Assembly: GCA_947625645.1 (NCBI GenBank)
Contig: CANQPE010000003.1
Span: 14,916-78,915, forward strand
Reading direction: 5' to 3'
DNA length: 64,000 nucleotides
Origin: an uncultured Clostridia bacterium
GTDB lineage: Bacteria > Bacillota > Clostridia > TANB77 > CAG-508
A model generated the notes under the pieces. That model was not told the DNA's origin. It saw only the letters and a list, made by a program, of their open reading frames with translations, and ran no database searches. The translations under genes were made by a program, and so were the position numbers. How positions within the stretch are numbered: position 1 is the stretch's first letter; every line of letters begins with the position of its first letter. Below are positions 20,238 to 30,701 of this stretch, in pieces.

Positions 20238-22472
20238 TTATACCATATTATTGGGATTCACATCTACTGTAACCCTTGCATCTTTTAGATTTTGGTCATA
20301 TATTCCTTTTAAAATTGTATGATACAGTGCATTTATGGTAGGCGTTAGCTGCCCTTTCATAACAATTCTCCAACGATAACGATTTTGAATCTTATCAATA
20401 GGAGCTGGCATTGGCTTAAAAACCGTCATCGTTTCATCATTTTTGAGTGCTTGATATAACTGATTATAACTTTCCATTGCCAATATTTTGATTTGTTCTT
20501 CATTTTTTCCTTCAAACCTCATGACTATTATATCGCAAAATGGCGGATATTTCAACTGTTTTCTTAACGCAATTTCTGTATCAAAAAATGTTTCATAATT
20601 TTGCTTTTGTGCAGCTTGTATGCTAAAGTCTTGCGGTTGATAGGTTTGAATAATCACTTTCCCTGCTAAATTGCCTCTTCCTGCCCTTCCTGCTACTTGG
20701 GTTAAAATTTGAAATGTTCTTTCATTTGCCCTATAATCATCAATATTTAATGAACTATCTGCAGCAATGACTCCTACTAAAGTTACATTGGGAAAATGAT
20801 GCCCTTTGACTACCATTTGTGTGCCAATTAAAATATCTATATTTTGATTTTTAAATGTATTTAAAATTTGTTCATGCGAATTTTTTTTGGTAACCGTATC
20901 TGTATCCATTCTGATGGTTGTACTATTGGGAAATTGCTTTTTGATTTCTTGCTCTAATTTTTGCGTTCCTGTCCCAAAATAGCGTATTTTCGTACTGCCA
21001 CATTCTGGGCAAATGGTAACAACTGCTTGTTCTTTTCCGCAATAATGACATTTTAATTTATTTTCATACCCATGGTATGTCATACTAACGTTGCAATTGG
21101 TGCATTTTACCGTATAACCACATTCTCTGCACATCACAAAAGTAGAATACCCTCTACGGTTTAAAAATAAAATGGTTTGGTGTTTTTCTTTTAGATTTTT
21201 TTCAATTGCTGTATACAATTCCATGCTAAGCATAGAATGATTCCCATTGGCTAATTCTTCTTTTAAATCAATGATTTCTACTTTTGGTAATTGCGCATGA
21301 TTGGCTCTTTTGCTCAGCTTTAACATTGTAATTTCATTGGTTTTGGTTGCTTTATAATAGGTCGTAATATCTGGTGTGGCACTTCCCAACACCACTGGAA
21401 TGTGTTCTTGCTTAGCAATATAATTAGCAATATCTTTGGCATGATATTTGGGCGTTGCTTCTGATTTATATGAACTATCATGTTCTTCGTCAATTAAGAT
21501 GATTCCCAAATTTTGCACTGGTGCAAAAATGGCTGACCTTGCTCCTATTACAATTTTAGCTTTATTTTCTTTCATTCTTATCCATTCGTCATGCCTTTCT
21601 CCCACAGACAATTTGCTATGTAATACAGCAATTTGTTCCTTTCCAAACCTAGCAATAAAACGTTCTACCATTTGTGGTGTGAGTGAAATTTCTGGTACAA
21701 GCATAATGGCAGACTGATTTTTTTGCACTACCGTTTCTATTAATTGCAAATAAATTTCCGTTTTTCCAGAGCCTGTAATTCCATAAAGTAAAAATTGTTC
21801 ATAGCGTTTGTCATTCATAGCTCGTTCTATCGCATGATATGCATGTTGCTGTTCGTCTGTTAAGACATATTTCTGGCTATGTTCTATTTTCTTATTGGCA
21901 AGTGGATTTCTGTCTACCTTTGTTTCAACGGCTTCTAAATACCCATTTTTAATCAAAGTATTCACAATTGCTCTTGAGCAATCTGTAAAAAGTTCTATTT
22001 CTGGGATAGTTGCCCCTTCATTTTCTTTGACAAATTGCAAGATTTTTTGTTGTTTTTCAGATTTGATGACGCCACTTTGCATATCATATTCCACTTCTTC
22101 TATTTCTTTTTTTAAGTAAATGGTTTGAATCTTTTTCTCTTGTACTTTATTTTGTTTAGACCTTGTCCCTGGTGTTTGCATTAATTTGATACAGTCTGCC
22201 ACATTACAATAATATTTTTGTGCCATCATGTTAGCAAGTGCAATTTGCTTTTCTGTTAAACTTTCTTCTAATGTTACAATATCTTTCACTTCATATTCTG
22301 AAGCTTGTTTGAAACCTGTCACAAAGCCTTCTTCTAGCTCTTTTTTTCTTCCAAATGGCACCATGACTTTTGTTCCAATCGATATGAACTGTTCTAAATT
22401 TTCCGGAATATGGTAATCAAATGTTCTATTTAATTTTTTTGCTGTTGTATTAAGCATTACTTGTGCTATCAT
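20238..22472 (-). CDS. priA: Primosomal protein N' (replication restart helicase PriA)
   Basis: 744 aa with Walker A GITGSGKTEIY, DEEHD, and the Cys-rich zinc-binding insert CRECGYTVKCTNC...CHYCG...CPECG. Confidence 0.95.
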   Translation of the reverse strand: MIAQVMLNTTAKKLNRTFDYHIPENLEQFISIGTKVMVPFGRKKELEEGFVTGFKQASEYEVKDIVTLEESLTEKQIALANMMAQKYYCNVADCIKLMQTPGTRSKQNKVQEKKIQTIYLKKEIEEVEYDMQSGVIKSEKQQKILQFVKENEGATIPEIELFTDCSRAIVNTLIKNGYLEAVETKVDRNPLANKKIEHSQKYVLTDEQQHAYHAIERAMNDKRYEQFLLYGITGSGKTEIYLQLIETVVQKNQSAIMLVPEISLTPQMVERFIARFGKEQIAVLHSKLSVGERHDEWIRMKENKAKIVIGARSAIFAPVQNLGIILIDEEHDSSYKSEATPKYHAKDIANYIAKQEHIPVVLGSATPDITTYYKATKTNEITMLKLSKRANHAQLPKVEIIDLKEELANGNHSMLSMELYTAIEKNLKEKHQTILFLNRRGYSTFVMCRECGYTVKCTNCNVSMTYHGYENKLKCHYCGKEQAVVTICPECGSTKIRYFGTGTQKLEQEIKKQFPNSTTIRMDTDTVTKKNSHEQILNTFKNQNIDILIGTQMVVKGHHFPNVTLVGVIAADSSLNIDDYRANERTFQILTQVAGRAGRGNLAGKVIIQTYQPQDFSIQAAQKQNYETFFDTEIALRKQLKYPPFCDIIVMRFEGKNEEQIKILAMESYNQLYQALKNDETMTVFKPMPAPIDKIQNRYRWRIVMKGQLTPTINALYHTILKGIYDQNLKDARVTVDVNPNNMV

Positions 22473-22595
22473 AGTTTCTCCTTTTTGGTTAGTATATCAA
22501 ATTTTAAATAAAACTTCAAGAATGATTTGCATTTATTTGAATTTGTGGTATAATATTTTTTAAATCCATAATATATTAAAAAGGGGAATCAATAT

Positions 22596-23459
22596 ATGGA
22601 AAAAGAAAGGTTTACTATAACAAAAAAAGCTGGAATTTACGGAATGATAGGGAATATTTTGTTACTGATTCTAAAAGGAATGGTTGGATTTCTTACACAT
22701 AGCCAAGCTATGATTGCAGATGCCTTTAATAGTGCTGGTGATATTTTTGCTTCTCTTATGACGTTTATTGGAAATAAAATTGCCAGTGAACCAAACGATG
22801 AAGATCATAATTTTGGACACGGAAAAGCAGAATATCTTTTTTCTATGTTCATTGGCATTTCTATGATTTTAGTCGCTTCCAAATTATTGTATGATTCTGC
22901 CATGACATTCATTATTGGCAGTGATTTACAATTTTCTTGGTCATTATTATTTGTGTGTGCTGTTACAATTATCACTAAATTTTCTTTATTTTTGTACACT
23001 AAGCATTCCTACCAATTACATAAAAATATTTTGTTAGAAGCCAATATGAAAGACCACCGCAATGATTGCATTGTTACTTCTTTTACTTTACTCTCTAGTA
23101 TCTTTACCTTATTTCATGTTTTTTGGCTTGATAGTATTGTTGGATTTGGTATTTCTATCTGGATTTGTTATACTGGGATTACTATCTTTATGGAAAGCTA
23201 CCGTGTATTAATGGATATTTCTGTAGATGAAAAAACAAAAGATGTCATTTTGAATTTAGCAAGAGTCTATCCAGAAATCAAATCCATACAAAACTTTTCT
23301 TCTTCTCCTGTTGGTGCAAAATATACGATTTTCTTAACCATTTGCGTAGATGGAAACATGTCTACTTTTGAAAGTCACAAATTAGCGGATGATTTAGAAA
23401 AAACGGTATCTACTTTAGATATTGTATACAAAACTATTGTTCATGTAGAACCTGTATAA
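22596..23459 (+). CDS. Cation diffusion facilitator family transporter
   Basis: Six TM helices, MIADAFNSAGDIF and HNFGHGKAEY, plus a C-terminal cytoplasmic domain ending HVEP. Confidence 0.8.
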   Translation: MEKERFTITKKAGIYGMIGNILLLILKGMVGFLTHSQAMIADAFNSAGDIFASLMTFIGNKIASEPNDEDHNFGHGKAEYLFSMFIGISMILVASKLLYDSAMTFIIGSDLQFSWSLLFVCAVTIITKFSLFLYTKHSYQLHKNILLEANMKDHRNDCIVTSFTLLSSIFTLFHVFWLDSIVGFGISIWICYTGITIFMESYRVLMDISVDEKTKDVILNLARVYPEIKSIQNFSSSPVGAKYTIFLTICVDGNMSTFESHKLADDLEKTVSTLDIVYKTIVHVEPV

Positions 23460-23478
23460 TACAATCATTTAACTTTAA

Positions 23479-23509
23479 ATCGGGGGGATTTATGTCTCCC
23501 CCGATTTTT
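23479..23509 (+). terminator. Rho-independent terminator of the CDF transporter gene
   Basis: atcggggg-gatttatgtct-cccccgat followed by ttttt. Confidence 0.8.
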
Positions 23510-23517
23510 CTATATTT

Positions 23518-23546
23518 AAAAAAAGATGTCCCTAATGGGACAATCT
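23518..23546. repeat. Short variant of the palindromic element (copy H)
   Basis: aaaaaagatgtccctaatgggacaatc shares aaaaagat(ac)gtccctaatgggacaa with copy G. The core hairpin is gtccc-taat-gggac. Confidence 0.65.
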
Positions 23547-24114
23547 ATTTGCCACATAGTTGGCTTTTTATTTGCTGTAATTCCCTTACCCCTTGGCTTT
23601 GCTCTTGGATAATTGTATCTGCTACATTTCTTAAGCGAGGATCAATATAATATTGAATTAAATTATGGCACATTTGAATAGCACCTTCATGATGTGGTAT
23701 CATTTCATTGACAAAATTCAAGTTAATTTGAACACATCTTGGGCTATTTTTCATACGTTCAATCATCGTATTGGTAATCTCAAAATATTTCGTTAAATAT
23801 GTATTCACATCTCTTTCTGTATTCAAATATCCAGACGTTGTTCGCAAGATTTCTTCCATCTGCTCTATTCCCTGTGTTTGCATTTGAATAATGCCTTCTG
23901 CTATTTTTCTCAACGGCTGATACGTTGTATACATCAATACATTTTCTGACATATATATAGCTGCTTGATGGTGTGGTATCATGCATCTTATAAAATCAAT
24001 CGTAATACTATAATTTGTTAACTTTGCATTAAGCATTTTATCTGCCATTCCCGTTAGTATTTGGTCAAAACGATATAAATATCTTTGCGCTCTCATTACA
24101 CTTTGACGATTCAT
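23545..24114 (-). CDS. DUF305-family protein (two MIPHH motifs)
   Basis: MIPHHQAAIYM and MIPHHEGAIQM. The start was chosen at the ATG at 24114 after AGGAGAGTG. Confidence 0.7.
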   Translation of the reverse strand: MNRQSVMRAQRYLYRFDQILTGMADKMLNAKLTNYSITIDFIRCMIPHHQAAIYMSENVLMYTTYQPLRKIAEGIIQMQTQGIEQMEEILRTTSGYLNTERDVNTYLTKYFEITNTMIERMKNSPRCVQINLNFVNEMIPHHEGAIQMCHNLIQYYIDPRLRNVADTIIQEQSQGVRELQQIKSQLCGK

Positions 24115-24229
24115 CTTTATCACTCTCCTAGTAATATCATATCGACTTTTTTCAAAAGTGTTCCTATTCTTTTCTATATTTGAATAGATTTGCACCTTTT
24201 GTCAATACTATGATTAGGTGGTGATAATT

Positions 24230-24403
24230 ATGACAAACAAAGAACTTTTATACATTGAAGACGCTTTAGGGCATGAAAAATTTATGAAATCATGCAGTTG
24301 TAAAGCTTCTGAACAATTGACAGACGTAGCACTTTCTTCATACATGAAAGAGCTAGAAGGACAACATACAGATTTACTAAACAAATTCTTAAACTTATTA
24401 TAG
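24230..24403 (+). CDS. Small spore coat protein, CotF-like
   Basis: MTNKELLYIEDALGHEKFMKS...LEGQHTDLLNKF, preceded by AGGTGGTGA. It is paired with the next CotF-like gene. Confidence 0.5.
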   Translation: MTNKELLYIEDALGHEKFMKSCSCKASEQLTDVALSSYMKELEGQHTDLLNKFLNLL

Positions 24404-24446
24404 TTCACAAACTTTTGATTTGTGACAAATAGAAAGGAGTATCATT

Positions 24447-24686
24447 ATGGAAGATAAAGATATTATGGAAAAAGAATTGCTCATCATAAAAGGGGTTTGT
24501 GACTTATACCTTCACGGTACAATTGAATCTACAACCGCTGATGTGCATACAACTTTCAAAGATGCTTTAAACGTATCTTTAGACATTCAAAACAAAATAT
24601 ACAATTTAATGGCTGAAAAAGGCTGGTACAAAACAGATACTGTGGAACAAACAAAAATAGATGCTTTAAAACAAAAATTCCAATAA
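24447..24686 (+). CDS. Spore coat protein, CotF-like (Coat F domain)
   Basis: DIMEKELLIIKGVCDLYLHGTIEST...IYNLMAEKGWY. The RBS is AAAGGAG. Confidence 0.55.
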   Translation: MEDKDIMEKELLIIKGVCDLYLHGTIESTTADVHTTFKDALNVSLDIQNKIYNLMAEKGWYKTDTVEQTKIDALKQKFQ

Positions 24687-24689
24687 ATT

Positions 24690-24758
24690 GGAACAAATAG
24701 GGACGGTTCTTTTTTGGCCCTAAGGGCCAAAAAAGAACCGTCCCTATTTGTCTGTCCC
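24690..24758. repeat. Palindromic intergenic element, copy F
   Basis: Sequence: ggaacaaatagggacggttcttttttggccc-taa-gggccaaaaaagaaccgtccctatttgtc(tgtccc). It lies between convergent stops at 24686 and 24765. Confidence 0.9.
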
Positions 24759-24764
24759 AGCACA

Positions 24765-26564
24765 TCATGATTCAAATATCTGATTAAATTCTGTTTCATT
24801 AATTTTTTCTTTCGCTAGTAAAGTTTGTGCTATCATATCTAATTTATCTCTATGTTGCATAAGGAGTTGTTGTGCACCTTGATATGCCATATCAATTAAA
24901 GATTTTACTTCCAATCCAATTTTATCCCCAATGTTTTCTCCAAACAGTTGCATTTCATAAGGTTCTTTTCCTTGGAAATCAATTGGTCCTAAGGATTCAC
25001 TCATTCCGTATTTGGTTACCATATCTCTTGCAATCTTAGTTGCCACTTCTATATCGTTGCTAGCTCCTGTAGAAATATCATTTAATACTAACTGCTCTGC
25101 CGCTCTTCCGCCAAGCAATGCAATCAATTTTTCTTGCATCTCTGTTTTTGATACATAGTATTTATCTTCATCTGTCTTGTACATGGTATATCCGCCTGCT
25201 ACACCTCTTGGAATAATAGATACTTCTTTAATATTTGCTTGTGTAGGTAGATATCTACTAACAACTGCATGTCCAGCTTCATGGTATGCTGTTAATTTTT
25301 TATCTTTGTCTGAAATGACTCTTGCCTTTTTCTCTAGTCCAACGGTTACTTTCTTAACAGCTTCCTCTATATCGTCATTTTCAATTACTTCATGTTTATT
25401 GATGGTTGCAATGATTGCTGCTTCATTTAAAATATTAGATAATTCTGCTCCTGTAAATCCGGCTGTATCTTCTGCAATACTTTCAAGATTCACTTCTGGT
25501 GATAAATTCTTATCTTTTGCATGAATTTTCAAAATCTCAAGTCTTCCTTTGATATCTGGAATTGGAATTGTAACTTGCCTGTCAAATCTACCTGGTCTCA
25601 ATAAAGCTTTGTCTAACATCTCTGGTCTGTTGGTTGCAGCTAATACAATAATGGTTTCTTCTGAACCAAATCCATCCATTTCTACAAGCAATTGGTTTAA
25701 TGTTTGATTGTTTTCTGATTCAGCTCCTGTATTTGAGGTTCTCCTTGAACCAATCGCATCGATTTCATCAATAAAGACAATACATGGTGCTAACTTTCTT
25801 GCTTTGTCAAACAATTTTCTTACTCTTGAAGCCCCTAATCCAACAAACATCTCTACAAATTCAGACCCACTCATTGAAATAAATGGTACATTGGCTTCTC
25901 CTGCAATTGCCTTTGCTATCAACGTTTTTCCTGTACCTGGTTTTCCATATAACAAAACACCTTTTGGAATTTTAGCGCCCATTTTAGTAAATTTTTCTGG
26001 TGTTTTTAAAAAGTCTACAATTTCAATTAATTCCTCTTTTTCTTCATCCAAACCAGCTACATCATTAAATCTGATTTTTGTTTTTCTTTCTGTTTCTTCA
26101 TAAACCTTTCCCTTTTCTCCTATTCCTTGCATTTTGAATATCATAATAAACAATGCAACCATAATAAATGTTGGAAGTAAACTAATTAATGTAGTAGCAA
26201 TTTGTGATATGACACTTCTCGGTTTTTGATTTAACTTAAATTCTATACCTTCTTCTGTTTTCTGTTGTACCAATTCCATAAAAGCCTCTGTGCTTGGCAC
26301 TATGGTTGTTTTTTCTTCTTCTTCATTTTTTAATTTTACTTTAACAGTCGTGCTCCCAACTGTCATCTCTACTTCTTCAATATTTCCATTTGAAATTTCC
26401 TTTAATAACTCTGTATATGCTAATTCCTTTTCATCCTCTTTTTCGTCTTTATTCATTTGTACTGCTGTTAATATTATAGCTAATATCAAAATGGTTAATG
26501 CAACGATGACCGCCACTAATATTTTCTTTGTTTTGTTCTTTTCCTTATTTTCATCGTTTTTCAT
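24765..26564 (-). CDS. ftsH: ATP-dependent zinc metalloprotease FtsH
   Basis: GPPGTGKT-like [23 protein letters not shown], the zinc motif HEAGHAV, and an N-terminal TM pair. Confidence 0.95.
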   Translation of the reverse strand: MKNDENKEKNKTKKILVAVIVALTILILAIILTAVQMNKDEKEDEKELAYTELLKEISNGNIEEVEMTVGSTTVKVKLKNEEEEKTTIVPSTEAFMELVQQKTEEGIEFKLNQKPRSVISQIATTLISLLPTFIMVALFIMIFKMQGIGEKGKVYEETERKTKIRFNDVAGLDEEKEELIEIVDFLKTPEKFTKMGAKIPKGVLLYGKPGTGKTLIAKAIAGEANVPFISMSGSEFVEMFVGLGASRVRKLFDKARKLAPCIVFIDEIDAIGSRRTSNTGAESENNQTLNQLLVEMDGFGSEETIIVLAATNRPEMLDKALLRPGRFDRQVTIPIPDIKGRLEILKIHAKDKNLSPEVNLESIAEDTAGFTGAELSNILNEAAIIATINKHEVIENDDIEEAVKKVTVGLEKKARVISDKDKKLTAYHEAGHAVVSRYLPTQANIKEVSIIPRGVAGGYTMYKTDEDKYYVSKTEMQEKLIALLGGRAAEQLVLNDISTGASNDIEVATKIARDMVTKYGMSESLGPIDFQGKEPYEMQLFGENIGDKIGLEVKSLIDMAYQGAQQLLMQHRDKLDMIAQTLLAKEKINETEFNQIFES

Positions 26565-26585
26565 ATTTTTTCACATTCCTTTCCT

Positions 26586-26624
26586 TTGTCCCAAAAAGAT
26601 ACGTCCCTAATGGGACAAATTAGG
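26586..26624. repeat. Degenerate or rearranged copy of the palindromic element (copy G)
   Basis: ttgtcccaaaaagatacgtccctaatgggacaaattagg. The arm segments are present but permuted. It lies between the ftsH start and the upstream gene's stop. Confidence 0.65.
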
Positions 26625-27657
26625 CTCCTGTTCCCTCAGGTTCTGGGCCTGAGCCTCCTACCTCTCCTTCTTTCTCATCTTTCTTTTCTTTTGGTTCTTT
26701 TTCTTCTTCTGGTTTTTTATTTTGCTTTTGCTTCTCTTCTTGTTCTTTTTCTTCCATTTCCTTTTTTACTTCTTCTTGCACTTTCACAATTTTCATTACT
26801 TCTATTTGTCTTTTTTGCAAATCTGCTTTTATCATAAAAATGGCAGCAAACAAATAAATGATAGCTACAGAAAGATACATAACATCAAAATATTCTATGT
26901 TAAAATCTACAAACATATTCAAAATAATGTAAAGAATATTCAACACGGTAGACAAGGTTATTGCATAAATAGACATATTGAAAATGCTAGCATAACGCAT
27001 TCTGACTTTTGTAAACAAGTTTGCTAAATAGCCAAATGCACTCACAAAAAGAACATTTGCTATGGTGTTGATAAAATATATCATAAACGCATAAACAAAT
27101 AGTGTAGCAAAAACACTGAAATATATGCTTATCATTTGTTTTCCTCGCACATATTCAATCACTTGTTGTTTATCAAAATTCGTTAAGCCCATTTGCTTTA
27201 ATATATCATCATAGCGATAAGTTGAAGTTCCTACCATTGCTTCATTTTTTACAATGATTTCTTCTTTTAAAACCAAAATTCCATTGTCTCCCAGTTCATT
27301 GATATATTGATTTTTCTTTTCTTGGTCTTCTGTTTTGGTATCTATGATAATGGCTCCCGTAATATCATTTTTTATGTTAATTGCCTCTTCTGACTGCACA
27401 TCTAAAATTCCATCTTGATAAGAAAAATTAGGAAACTCATTGTCTAAATAGGTTGCCATTTTGTCCATAATTTGCGTAACACGATATATCATCCCTATCC
27501 CTACGACAATTGCAAGAATTGCAATGATTTTTGCTAGATACCCCATTGCTCTTGACACGCCTTCTGCTGCTAATTCTGGATATTTCTCTATGTTAAATAT
27601 CGCTAATTTTGCTTTCTGAAAAAAACCTCTTCTGCTATTCATTGATTGTTGTTCCAT
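26620..27657 (-). CDS. Polytopic membrane protein (DUF1189-like) with a K/E-rich C-terminal tail
   Basis: 345 aa. One early TM helix is followed by a ~110-aa loop and then 4-5 helices. The tail is EEVKKEMEEKEQEEKQKQNKKPEEEKEPKEKKDEKE. Confidence 0.5.
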   Translation of the reverse strand: MEQQSMNSRRGFFQKAKLAIFNIEKYPELAAEGVSRAMGYLAKIIAILAIVVGIGMIYRVTQIMDKMATYLDNEFPNFSYQDGILDVQSEEAINIKNDITGAIIIDTKTEDQEKKNQYINELGDNGILVLKEEIIVKNEAMVGTSTYRYDDILKQMGLTNFDKQQVIEYVRGKQMISIYFSVFATLFVYAFMIYFINTIANVLFVSAFGYLANLFTKVRMRYASIFNMSIYAITLSTVLNILYIILNMFVDFNIEYFDVMYLSVAIIYLFAAIFMIKADLQKRQIEVMKIVKVQEEVKKEMEEKEQEEKQKQNKKPEEEKEPKEKKDEKEGEVGGSGPEPEGTGA

Positions 27658-27675
27658 TCATCTTCCTCCTTTTCT

Positions 27676-28794
27676 CTACTCATATTCTCTCATAACTTGT
27701 GGATTAACTAAGGTTGGATTGACTGATATGGTTGCTTCATCTCCTATGTGAATATCTTTTCCTGTAATGTCTGCTACAATATGAAAAGTTCCAATTCTTC
27801 CTAAAACTTGACAAGGCTTTCCTGCAATACTAATTTGCTTTCCTTGCTTACGAAATACTGCCTTTATGTCACTTATTATATAACGCAACTTATCAATTGG
27901 GCGAAACATATCTCTTTCCACCTGCAAGCCTGTACCTTCAATGTAACCACAAGGAAGGATGGCAACTTTAGTTGCTTTTTTTGTTGTATAGCCATTAGAA
28001 TATCCTACATTGTATCCTTTTGGCAATTCTTTGATTTCTGCTACTTGTGTTGTCAATTGGGCAATTCTTTTTAAACCCATTCGGTTTGGAAATGACATTC
28101 TTCCTGTAAAGGCCGAACCGATTCTAACGGCATTTAAATGCATTTGTGGAAATTTAATAAATGCTGCTGAGTTACACACATGAAGCATGCCTGGATTGAT
28201 GCCATTCATTTTTAGTACTTCAATGCAATCAATAAAATGCTGAAATTGCTTTTGCGTATATTTATCATCATAAAAAGCATTTGAAAAATGCGTAAACGTT
28301 CCTTCTATTTCTACATTTTTCAAAGTTTTAATGGCTTCTACCATTTCTTCTCTTTGTGTATACACAAAGCCATACCTTCCAAACCCGGTATCAATCTTAA
28401 TATGTGCTTTTATTGGTTTATTTTGTTCTTGAGCTACTTGGTTTGCTACTTGGGCTGCTTCTTTAGAGCCAATTGTTAGCACCACATTTTTTTCCACTAG
28501 CTTTTCAACATCTGCTTTTATAGCAGTTGAAGATAACATCAATAATTTTTGCGTAAATCCCAATTCTCGAAATTGCATCGCTTCTTGCACAGTTGAAACA
28601 GCAAAAAAATCAATTCCTTGGTCAATTAAAAACTGTGTAAATTGCTTCATATCTAATCCATAAGCATTTGCTTTGACAACTGCAATAATTTTAACGGCAT
28701 TTCCCTTGTCATCTGGTAAATTTGTTTTTGCATGTTCTTTTATTTTTTGAACATTGTGGGCTAAATCTTTTTGATTGATGATGATTCGATTCAT
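27676..28794 (-). CDS. alr: Alanine racemase
   Basis: PLP lysine motif AVVKANAYGLD. The size is 372 aa and the C-terminal domain is beta-rich. Confidence 0.85.
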   Translation of the reverse strand: MNRIIINQKDLAHNVQKIKEHAKTNLPDDKGNAVKIIAVVKANAYGLDMKQFTQFLIDQGIDFFAVSTVQEAMQFRELGFTQKLLMLSSTAIKADVEKLVEKNVVLTIGSKEAAQVANQVAQEQNKPIKAHIKIDTGFGRYGFVYTQREEMVEAIKTLKNVEIEGTFTHFSNAFYDDKYTQKQFQHFIDCIEVLKMNGINPGMLHVCNSAAFIKFPQMHLNAVRIGSAFTGRMSFPNRMGLKRIAQLTTQVAEIKELPKGYNVGYSNGYTTKKATKVAILPCGYIEGTGLQVERDMFRPIDKLRYIISDIKAVFRKQGKQISIAGKPCQVLGRIGTFHIVADITGKDIHIGDEATISVNPTLVNPQVMREYE

Positions 28795-28805
28795 ATTCTC
28801 ACCTG

Positions 28806-29864
28806 TTATTTTTTGAATTTCATTTTGATTTGACGTACATTTCGAAATAGTTTTTCAGAAAATTTATACAATTTATATGTTAGTGGTTTGTATGGAATAT
28901 AGATTTCTCCTAAAAATTCTGTGAATTTTCCTCCAAATCCTTTTTTAAATCGGTATAATCCATATTGTGGGTGTGATTCATCCACAATTCCTGACACACC
29001 TCTAAAGTCATATATATCATCATGTCTTGCAATTGCCATTTTTATCATTTCCCATTGTAACAAATAGTTTGGCATCAAATTTCTGTGTTCATTGCTACTT
29101 GCCCCATATAAGTACCATGTTTTATTTCCATAAAAGATTGGAATAACGCCTGATATTGGCTTGTCTTGATAGTATGCCATTAATAGCTTCATATGGTCTG
29201 GTGCTAAGTTGTCATACATTTTCTCAAAATAGGCTAACGGTCTAATAATAAATCCATCTCTTGCTCCTGTTTCTACCATAATTTTATGGAATTCTTTTAA
29301 ATCTTCTTTGGTGCCTTCTTTGACTACAACACCTTTTTTCGTTGCTAAACGGATATTATATCTCCATTTTTGGTGGAACCCTGCCATCACTTCTTCTTCG
29401 GTTTTCCCTTTAATATCTAGTCTAAACACATATCTTGGTTGAATTTCATCCATAAAGTCTTTTGCATTATCTTTAATTTCATATCCTAAGTTTGCTACAA
29501 TATCGCGAAAATCTTGATCATCACTTTCTACATCTGGCTCTATTCTTAAAACAATCGCTTTATATTTTTGTGCTAATTCTTTTGCTCCATCTGTCAACTG
29601 CTTTAAGACTGCAATGTCATGAATGTCACATACTGGTCCTCTTGGTGCATACATAATATTTCCAAAAATTGGTATCTTTCGCACCCATACACATAAAGAT
29701 CCTATGATATTTTTTTGTGCATCTTCTGCTAAAATCACTTCTGGTATCCAATTTGGCTTTTTGACTTCTGCCCATTCCAATGATTGTTGAAAGTTGCATC
29801 TTTCGTTTTCTTCTAAGAACTTTTTATATTGCTTTTTTGATTCGTCATCTGTTACGAATTTCAT
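28806..29864 (-). CDS. FemAB-family peptidoglycan interpeptide-bridge aminoacyltransferase
   Basis: 352 aa with FLQSxEW-like FQQSLEWAEVK, WYLYGASSNEHRNLMPNYLLQWEMI and GLYRFKKGFGG. Confidence 0.75.
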   Translation of the reverse strand: MKFVTDDESKKQYKKFLEENERCNFQQSLEWAEVKKPNWIPEVILAEDAQKNIIGSLCVWVRKIPIFGNIMYAPRGPVCDIHDIAVLKQLTDGAKELAQKYKAIVLRIEPDVESDDQDFRDIVANLGYEIKDNAKDFMDEIQPRYVFRLDIKGKTEEEVMAGFHQKWRYNIRLATKKGVVVKEGTKEDLKEFHKIMVETGARDGFIIRPLAYFEKMYDNLAPDHMKLLMAYYQDKPISGVIPIFYGNKTWYLYGASSNEHRNLMPNYLLQWEMIKMAIARHDDIYDFRGVSGIVDESHPQYGLYRFKKGFGGKFTEFLGEIYIPYKPLTYKLYKFSEKLFRNVRQIKMKFKK

Positions 29865-30012
29865 ATTTTTCTCTCCTTATTATTAACAACATACCAGTAT
29901 TTTACACCATTTATAGGAATTTTACAAGTGCTTTTTTAAATTTATGTTATTTCTTGGTAATCCATTTCAAGTATTTCTTGAAAATTCCAGCGCTTTAATC
30001 GTTTTGCGTCAC

Positions 30013-30041
30013 TTGACAAATCATACCCAATATTGTATAAT
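30013..30041 (+). promoter_or_regulatory. Consensus sigma-A promoter of ssrA
   Basis: TTGACA (30013-30018), a 17-nt spacer with TG at 30034-30035, then TATAAT (30036-30041). It lies 11 nt upstream of the tmRNA 5' end. Confidence 0.8.
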
Positions 30042-30052
30042 TAATTTTACAT

Positions 30053-30407
30053 GGGGATGCAATGGTTTCGACATTGCACTAGAAAGATAGATAGCAAGTA
30101 GTGGATTCTCGTTGGCCACTTAAAAAACGGGAAATAAAATATAAACGCAGATAATAATAGAGAATACGCATTAGCTGCCTAGTTGCAGCTACACTTTACC
30201 TTTGTGCCTACAGCTTAGGCTAAAGTGTCATTTTTGTAGGATAACAAAACTGCTTTTGCTCTTAAAGTAGTAGGTATTGTCAAGAGCTACGTTTCATTGA
30301 TTTTGTTTGCTGGAAAAATGAAAAAGAGATACAACAACAAACTAAACTTGTAGAAGTCTGTGTGGAAGGTGCTATGGACAGGAGTTCGACTCTCCTCATC
30401 TCCACCA
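30053..30407 (+). ncRNA. ssrA: Transfer-messenger RNA (tmRNA, SsrA)
   Basis: 5' GGGGATGCAATGGTTTCGAC and 3' GGAGTTCGACTCTCCTCATCTCCACCA. The tag ORF at 30147-30182 reads GCA GAT AAT AAT AGA GAA TAC GCA TTA GCT GCC TAG, giving (A)DNNREYALAA. Confidence 0.95.
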
Positions 30408-30424
30408 AAAGAATATAAAAAATT

Positions 30425-30461
30425 AACTCCCTGTTTACTTATTGCAAACTGGGAGTTTTTT
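30425..30461 (+). terminator. Rho-independent terminator after ssrA
   Basis: aactccc(t)gttt...aaac(t)gggagtt followed by tttttt. It abuts the stop of the convergent small membrane protein gene. Confidence 0.75.
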
Positions 30462-30701
30462 CTAGTCTTTTTTGTTTACGATCATCTTAACAATTGCAAC
30501 AAGAGCTATCACAGCCCATGCAACTTGTAAAGCAAATGAAAACCATGCATTTTTAGGTAGCAATCCAATTGCCATGCATATTGCTGCTACTAAATTAAGT
30601 ATCTGATATATGTTTCCATTACTAATTTTATTGGTTGATAACAATGCATATGCAAGTAATACCAACACCATTCCAATCCAGCCCAATACATCAAAAATCA
30701 T
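30462..30701 (-). CDS. Small three-helix membrane protein of unknown function
   Basis: 79 aa, almost entirely three hydrophobic helices. The RBS is GGGGGAGAG. Confidence 0.55.
   Translation of the reverse strand: MIFDVLGWIGMVLVLLAYALLSTNKISNGNIYQILNLVAAICMAIGLLPKNAWFSFALQVAWAVIALVAIVKMIVNKKD

Noticed and set aside
24214-24799. Minus-strand ORFs 24214-24408, 24556-24768 and 24587-24799
   Set aside because: They overlap the better-supported plus-strand CotF-like genes or palindromic copy F, and they have no RBS.
26586-26837. ORF 26586-26837 (+), a Leu/Phe-rich 83-aa peptide
   Set aside because: It is the mirror frame of the K/E-rich tail of the minus-strand membrane protein and starts inside a degenerate palindromic element, so it is an artefact.
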